Positions 58,613 to 64,000 of a DNA stretch of 64,000 nucleotides are shown piece after piece; positions within the stretch are counted from its first letter, which is position 1; every line of letters starts with the position of its first letter. The stretch comes from a virus: positions 77,984 through 141,983 of IMG/VR virus record IMGVR_UViG_3300028423_000861. One strand, 5' to 3'. The notes beneath the pieces were generated by a model. That model saw nothing but the letters and a program-made list of their open reading frames with translations. It did not search any database and was not told the origin of the DNA. Made by a program: the position numbers and the translations under genes.

Positions 58613-60400
58613 TTAAATTTCACAACCTCCTGCTGCACATGCTACCGCACCCATTGTATCAATATCAGTATATGTCTTTTTGCTCAATCCATTCTTGAAA
58701 TCAACAGGCTTCATGTTTTGCTGGATCTTGGTCCATTTGTGTAGCAAATGAACATCTTTAAGACAATATTCTGCCATTTTGGTATTGCCATTAAAGTAAT
58801 TCTTGGCAAACTTTTCAAATCGGCGAATCCACTCTGCTCCTAGGTCGTTTTGCTCACCACTTGGACGATCCTTTTCTTCTTGCTGTGCAATGAATGTTGC
58901 AGTCCAAAGATCGCCAAAACCCTTGGTGCTTTCAACAATCAAGCCACTTGCAAACACCGCAGCACGACCGTATTTTTCAACCAACTGTTCTTCTGTCAAA
59001 ACTTCGGTAAATGGTGCTTGATTAAAGTCCTTGTCGCCGCTAACTGAAAGGAAACTAATCCCCGCAAAACTATCACGATTTTCGAACAAGAATTCTTCAA
59101 CATCGTCCCATTGATCGTCCGCAACCTGAACGGTATTTGATACGTTGTGGCGAACTGATGGATCAACACAAAGGTCTTTATCTGTGCCATGTTCAACCCA
59201 ACTGTTCTGGACCAATTTGACCTTTTCAAGAAGATTTGTGCCGTATAGCTCGCTCTTGAATAGTGAATCTTCAGGCGGAATTACTGGGAAGGCGATCTGA
59301 TAGTCTGTTCCATTTGTTGACCAAACACTTTCTTCGACCATGTATGGATTTTGTTCTTGCAATAGCTGGGCAACTTCTTGTTCCTTGTTCATTTGAACAT
59401 GACGGATGTATCTTGGGCTATGATCACCATGAATACCGCTGGATGTTCCAAGAAGAACACTTGCATTACCAGCTGGCTTAACACAAGTTGTCCTTGCTGC
59501 TGGATTGATTCCAATAAGAGCAGCGACTTCTTTGTTCACACGCTTGACAAGTTCTGCTCCTTCTTTGAGGATTTCTTCATCAAAAAGAATGTCAGGATTA
59601 TTCATCCAGCCTGTTAAACTAACGCCAATAAGAGCTTCACGATCGAAAATCTTTTTACTGACATCATCTAGGAATTTGAAATCAGTATATCCTGCCTGCA
59701 ATGTTCCTAGAATAGCAGCGGCTCGACAAACCTTGAAAAATTCCTCTTTGCTTGTGCATTTTGCGCCGTTGCCTTCACTGAGATTACAACCTTGCCAGCC
59801 AGAAGTTTTCTTCTTGGTTTTTGGATCAATCCACACAGGGTATTTGCCGATCTCAACACAGGGATTGTATGTGTGTTCGGTTGATTCAGTAAACACAAAA
59901 CCCGGCTCACCAAATTGACGAATACTTTTCATAATCTCTGCAAATTGATCACGATCTGCTTCCTTGCGTACGATCACGGCCGAGTTGTTTGATCGTCCAC
60001 GTTGTGGGTTGTTGATATACCAATCCCCTGTTTTTGCCTGGATCATTTCGATATCATCCGGGCTGAACAGACAGATCGTTGCACTACGACGAACGCCGCC
60101 CGCAAGAACAGCATCAGCGGCGTGCATACAAATATCGTAAACTTCAATAGGCTTCAGTTTATCCCGACTAGCTAAAACTGCACCTTGAATCAAATGTTCG
60201 ATTTTATCCAATGCCTTACGCAATGGCTCAGGGCCTGGTGCTTTGAATCCACCAGAAATCATTGAGCCTTTTGGACGAATTTTATTGAGATCAAAATATA
60301 CGCGACGACCTGAATATTCAGGATGCTTGCCACCATTTTCAAAGAAACTAGACATAAGAACATCAAGTGCCGTCGCCCAGCCTTCGATAGAATCTTCTAC
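58613..60400 (-). CDS. nrdJ: class II ribonucleotide reductase, C-terminal part of broken gene
   Basis: VEDSIEGW, GGVRRSA, NPCVEI, GCNL, CVKPAG, terminal CAAGGCEI. Confidence 0.85.
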   Translation of the reverse strand, partial: VEDSIEGWATALDVLMSSFFENGGKHPEYSGRRVYFDLNKIRPKGSMISGGFKAPGPEPLRKALDKIEHLIQGAVLASRDKLKPIEVYDICMHAADAVLAGGVRRSATICLFSPDDIEMIQAKTGDWYINNPQRGRSNNSAVIVRKEADRDQFAEIMKSIRQFGEPGFVFTESTEHTYNPCVEIGKYPVWIDPKTKKKTSGWQGCNLSEGNGAKCTSKEEFFKVCRAAAILGTLQAGYTDFKFLDDVSKKIFDREALIGVSLTGWMNNPDILFDEEILKEGAELVKRVNKEVAALIGINPAARTTCVKPAGNASVLLGTSSGIHGDHSPRYIRHVQMNKEQEVAQLLQEQNPYMVEESVWSTNGTDYQIAFPVIPPEDSLFKSELYGTNLLEKVKLVQNSWVEHGTDKDLCVDPSVRHNVSNTVQVADDQWDDVEEFLFENRDSFAGISFLSVSGDKDFNQAPFTEVLTEEQLVEKYGRAAVFASGLIVESTKGFGDLWTATFIAQQEEKDRPSGEQNDLGAEWIRRFEKFAKNYFNGNTKMAEYCLKDVHLLHKWTKIQQNMKPVDFKNGLSKKTYTDIDTMGAVACAAGGCEI

Positions 60401-60690
60401 TTAGTACAGTTGTACATACGCATCTGGTGCTTTAATATCTGGTCGCCGCCAAATTGAAGAGCTCTCTGTGCACCCAAAACATATTTAAGTTTGTAAAGTG
60501 CTTCTGCTTCGTCGATCAACAAGGATAGATCGTCTGACATTTTGTCCTTGTAAAATGTGCGATGCATATCCATAACACGGGCAACACTTTCTTCCCATGT
60601 CTCATAGCGTTCAGTATCATCATTCCAACGGCTGTATGATTCGTAAAATTTAGCTTCACCCATCAGGGCGCGGGTATCAACATCTTTCAT
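60397..60690 (-). CDS. nrdJ: class II ribonucleotide reductase, N-terminal part of broken gene
   Basis: YSR, ETWEE.V.RV, RALQFGG, YNC then stop. Confidence 0.85.
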   Translation of the reverse strand: MKDVDTRALMGEAKFYESYSRWNDDTERYETWEESVARVMDMHRTFYKDKMSDDLSLLIDEAEALYKLKYVLGAQRALQFGGDQILKHQMRMYNCTK

Positions 60691-60702
60691 TGCGTTCTCC
60701 TG

Positions 60703-61218
60703 TTAGTATTGATTATTCATGAGAGCTTGTTTTATGTCCCAAGACTCTCTTTTTTCCAATGAATCAACACTGTGGAGTTTGATGACTGGTCCGTGTAAAG
60801 AATTTAATGCGTATTTGTCACCATAATTGGCAATCATATATTCGTCATTAAATTCATGGTCATAGACTCTATCAAGGGTGATGCGAACATCTTGATCTAT
60901 GTAATGCATGTTATACGCCATCGCGAGACCCCTGCTATATTTACAGCATTCACCTTGATAGATGATTTCCCAGACAGTTGGCCAACCTTCTGAATTGAAC
61001 GGATCAATTGCAACACTAACAACTGGTGCTTGATGCCACCAAGTGCTTATTGCTTCAAGACATGACAGTAGTATTTCTTGATCGTCTCTGCTGCCGTTAC
61101 ATTCGTAATACTCATACGAATGCTGAAGTTCAATTCTGAATTCTCTCCAACCTGCTAGACGTTCATCGGGTGAACGCAACCACAAATTTCGTAACTGACT
61201 AATATTCAGCTGTTCCAC
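60703..61218 (-). CDS. hypothetical phage protein
   Basis: RL..WREFR, WPT.WE. Confidence 0.75.
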   Translation of the reverse strand: MEQLNISQLRNLWLRSPDERLAGWREFRIELQHSYEYYECNGSRDDQEILLSCLEAISTWWHQAPVVSVAIDPFNSEGWPTVWEIIYQGECCKYSRGLAMAYNMHYIDQDVRITLDRVYDHEFNDEYMIANYGDKYALNSLHGPVIKLHSVDSLEKRESWDIKQALMNNQY

Positions 61219-61304
61219 AGTGTTTGACTATAAATTGTTTTACAACGTATAGTGCGCTTTTATAGTATGTTATATACTATATGTTGCGTCTATCCCGCTC
61301 ATTT

Positions 61305-61982
61305 TTATTTATCGAGTTCGTAAAATTCGGCTACTCTTTCGGCCCATTTTTTACTATACTCGTTGAACTCATCTCTGCTAAGTTCAAATAATTGAAACTC
61401 GCAATCCCTACTACACATAAAAATTGCTACATTTTCAATTTCAGTTTCAAATAATGCATTGTGTGCCATACCATATGCTGCACCCTGCATGAAATAATCG
61501 TCTATCCACTCACGCTTTTTGGGTTTATTGGTTTGTTTGAAATCAATAATTGTAGGACGGCCTTTCCAGACTCCGACCAGGTCAGTGGTTCCAGCATACA
61601 ATCCCGGATAGTAAAGACCTATTTCTGTCCCCCAGGCTTCGTCCAAATACGGCTCCACATTCTCAATAACCTTTTCAGCCATCCTTTTAGCAACGATATT
61701 AGGAAGATTTGAGCCAGCTTCGAAATTACCCACCGTAAGCCAATCTTCAAGAAAACCATGCATAAGTGTGCCAACATTCGCTGCCTCATTCGTAATACGC
61801 TGAGCTTCCTTCTGTCCTACTCGCCGACGCCAATTGTTAAGAGCTTCAACAGCTTCCTTTGGCTTGGTGCGATCAAGTATCGTTGTAACACTGGGCAGAA
61901 ATCCAGACTCAGTATCATAAAGGCGCTTGCCTTCTACACGCTTACGTTTGATTTCCCTATAAGGAAATTTTTCAATAATCAT
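61305..61982 (-). CDS. PD-(D/E)XK exonuclease
   Basis: PSVTTIL, GT.MH, YAGTTD, IIDFK, Q..AY. Confidence 0.9.
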   Translation of the reverse strand: MIIEKFPYREIKRKRVEGKRLYDTESGFLPSVTTILDRTKPKEAVEALNNWRRRVGQKEAQRITNEAANVGTLMHGFLEDWLTVGNFEAGSNLPNIVAKRMAEKVIENVEPYLDEAWGTEIGLYYPGLYAGTTDLVGVWKGRPTIIDFKQTNKPKKREWIDDYFMQGAAYGMAHNALFETEIENVAIFMCSRDCEFQLFELSRDEFNEYSKKWAERVAEFYELDK

Positions 61983-62056
61983 AGAATGATATTACACTGA
62001 ACCCATTGAAAAGTCTAGAAAAAATTATTATCTAGTTGCTTGTGTGTCAGAACATA

Positions 62057-62332
62057 TTAATCGTCAAAAAAATCTTTACCGAGAATACTTTGAACATCGC
62101 TGCGTATACGATTAATCTTTTCTACTTCTTCGACCCCGTGGTTACGCATTCCTGAGAGTCTATAAGCTTCGAAAGTTTCTTTGGCTGCAATTTTAAGTGC
62201 CTCGTCGGCCTTCCAAACTGCACCACCAAAAGATTCGGAAACTTCTTGTTCTTCTTCTTGAACTTCTTCTTGCGCTGGTTCTTCAATGCTTTCGTTAAGC
62301 CCTGAAAGTTTTTTTAAACGATCGATATCCAT
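62057..62332 (-). CDS. hypothetical protein, paralog of 62337-62564
   Basis: MDI.RLK.L.G start, SILG end. Confidence 0.7.
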   Translation of the reverse strand: MDIDRLKKLSGLNESIEEPAQEEVQEEEQEVSESFGGAVWKADEALKIAAKETFEAYRLSGMRNHGVEEVEKINRIRSDVQSILGKDFFDD

Positions 62333-62336
62333 GTGA

Positions 62337-62564
62337 TTATCCTAAAATGCTTTTTAATTCTTCTGCAAAACCGGAAATTTGACCGCTCACTTGAACACCT
62401 TCTTCTTCCATTCCAGCCATGGTATAGGCATTGTGCGCTTCGGCTGCGGCATTTTCGATTGCTTCGACAGCATTAAGAACGGCTGCTTCCATGCTTTCAG
62501 GTCCGGCTTCATCCATTTGCTGGGTTAGATTACCAGCAAGCTCTTTTAATCTTTCAATATCCAT
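62337..62564 (-). CDS. hypothetical protein
   Basis: paralog of neighbour. Confidence 0.7.
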   Translation of the reverse strand: MDIERLKELAGNLTQQMDEAGPESMEAAVLNAVEAIENAAAEAHNAYTMAGMEEEGVQVSGQISGFAEELKSILG

Positions 62565-63196
62565 CACCAGTAAACCTCCCATTTAAATGTTGTTGTGTCT
62601 GATGTTACATTCTTTTTAATAACAATGTTATATCCAAGTGACTGAAAATGTTTCATTACTTGTTCAATTTCGTATGATTTTTTACGATCCGCTGATGTTC
62701 CTGACCAAACACTATAATAATCAACTGATTCAGGATTTGTTGATAGTGATGTAGATCCGGCTGTAAAACCCAGCTCGCTTAATCCGCCTGAACCTTCTGA
62801 CAATGCAAGTGCCCATGACCCCTGTGGTGCTTCATAGGACAAAGTAATTTCCGATCCATCATTTGTTGCTGTAAGTCCGGAAATATCTGCATTATTAATA
62901 TCGGTAGTTGCCTGATCGATGTTTGTACCATCATTCGGACCGCTACTCAACGTAACAGTTTCGCCAGCAATTGCGAGTGTTGCACCTGGTGTCCACCCGT
63001 CTGAATATCCTGAGCTGGTCACTGTAACAACAGGTGTGCTTTCTGTCATTGTGGTTCCATCATTTACAACAGTTGAAAGGTTTCCGAGTAATGCAGCGTC
63101 TATAATTGCACGGCTGATAGTGTCAATTTCATTATAAATGACTTTGTCTGATGTTGATAAAATTCTTGCTTGGGTTGCGGTTAAATCACTTGCCAT
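62564..63196 (-). CDS. putative virion protein
   Basis: Thr/Ser/Gly-rich; late cluster. Confidence 0.55.
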   Translation of the reverse strand: MASDLTATQARILSTSDKVIYNEIDTISRAIIDAALLGNLSTVVNDGTTMTESTPVVTVTSSGYSDGWTPGATLAIAGETVTLSSGPNDGTNIDQATTDINNADISGLTATNDGSEITLSYEAPQGSWALALSEGSGGLSELGFTAGSTSLSTNPESVDYYSVWSGTSADRKKSYEIEQVMKHFQSLGYNIVIKKNVTSDTTTFKWEVYW

Positions 63197-63534
63197 TATA
63201 AGTCCTTGTCTATATCTTTTGTTGCTTGGTCAGTTGCTAAATTATCAACACGATCAGCTTCAATTTCGTCAGCCTCGGCCCCAACCAGGGCATCTGTGTC
63301 ACTTGTAGAAATTTGAATCGTGTCTGCACTTGCTGTTGCAACAATATCGAGACCATTGAGAATACCTAGCAAGCTTTGGTTATCAACTGCAAAACCCTGC
63401 TGACTTAAATCATTGAGAAGATTTTTTGTATCAACCTCCTCAATTCCTTCAGCACTTACGGCTGTTAGAAGATTGATTATTTCAGAACGGAGATCATCAT
63501 TATAATCGCCTTCAAACAGCTCGTATGCTCTCAT
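63196..63534 (-). CDS. acidic hypothetical protein
   Basis: coupled ORF. Confidence 0.7.
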   Translation of the reverse strand: MRAYELFEGDYNDDLRSEIINLLTAVSAEGIEEVDTKNLLNDLSQQGFAVDNQSLLGILNGLDIVATASADTIQISTSDTDALVGAEADEIEADRVDNLATDQATKDIDKDL

Positions 63535-64000
63535 TACATCTCGTCTTTCATTTCACGGCCTGTTGGCTCATCATCACCAACTGTGGCTTCATCACCTGCA
63601 AATTCATCATCGATTTCCATATCGTCGTCTTGGTCATCCATATCGACGTCCAACTCTGATCCCAGGTCTTCATCATCACCGTCCATGTCGAAATTATCCA
63701 TGTCAGTTGCTGGCTCTTGGCCCTGTGCTGCGGCGATCGCGTTGTCGTATTCCTCTTTGCTGCTCTTGAGTGTTTCAACTAGGTTGGCAAGTGCAGCGTC
63801 AGCGGCATCTGAAAATGCATCTGCTTCTTCTGTTCCGAGCTCGCTTTTCATTGCATCGACAATAGGAAGTAGATCTTGAACTTGCATTTTAGCAGCGTCT
63901 TCAATCATTCCTTGAATTTTGTCGCTAAGTTCACGAGCAGCAAGAATAACTTTTGCTTCTTCCATGCTTTCGTCATCGAGTCCCTCAGCAACCATATCAG
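63534..64000 (-). CDS. acidic protein, 5' end outside window (possibly head assembly)
   Basis: open frame, Asp/Glu-rich tail. Confidence 0.6.
   Translation of the reverse strand, partial: DMVAEGLDDESMEEAKVILAARELSDKIQGMIEDAAKMQVQDLLPIVDAMKSELGTEEADAFSDAADAALANLVETLKSSKEEYDNAIAAAQGQEPATDMDNFDMDGDDEDLGSELDVDMDDQDDDMEIDDEFAGDEATVGDDEPTGREMKDEM

Noticed and set aside
1-64000. Genome-wide stop-codon recoding
   Set aside because: Long genes are intact under code 11, TAG ends genes directly before the next SD, and no suppressor tRNA was found.

Overview
This is a 64-kb segment of a large, AT-rich, T4-like/jumbo bacteriophage genome, almost entirely coded on the minus strand. The host is probably a marine or halotolerant alphaproteobacterium, based on a permuted two-piece tmRNA, a tRNA-His lacking G-1 with A73, and ectoine genes. 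The left half holds about 51 tRNA genes covering all 20 amino acids, many atypical or degenerate tRNA-like RNAs, homing endonucleases and remnants, and a ~2.3-kb non-coding RNA operon (GOLLD-like RNA) with rRNA-operon-style leader signals. Auxiliary genes include ectA, ectB, speD, rpsU, infC, clpS, hsp20, a yqgE-like gene and a broken class II ribonucleotide reductase; some virion and cell-wall genes are also present. Best candidates for novelty: (1) a transcription attenuator at the head of the tRNA array whose 49-codon leader uses 37 different codons and 19 amino acids, a putative general tRNA-depletion sensor; (2) the boxB/boxA/closing-stem RNA operon; (3) tandem T-loop RNAs and CCA-ending tRNA mimics; (4) late promoters positioned to make leaderless mRNAs. 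All calls were made by eye with no database searches.
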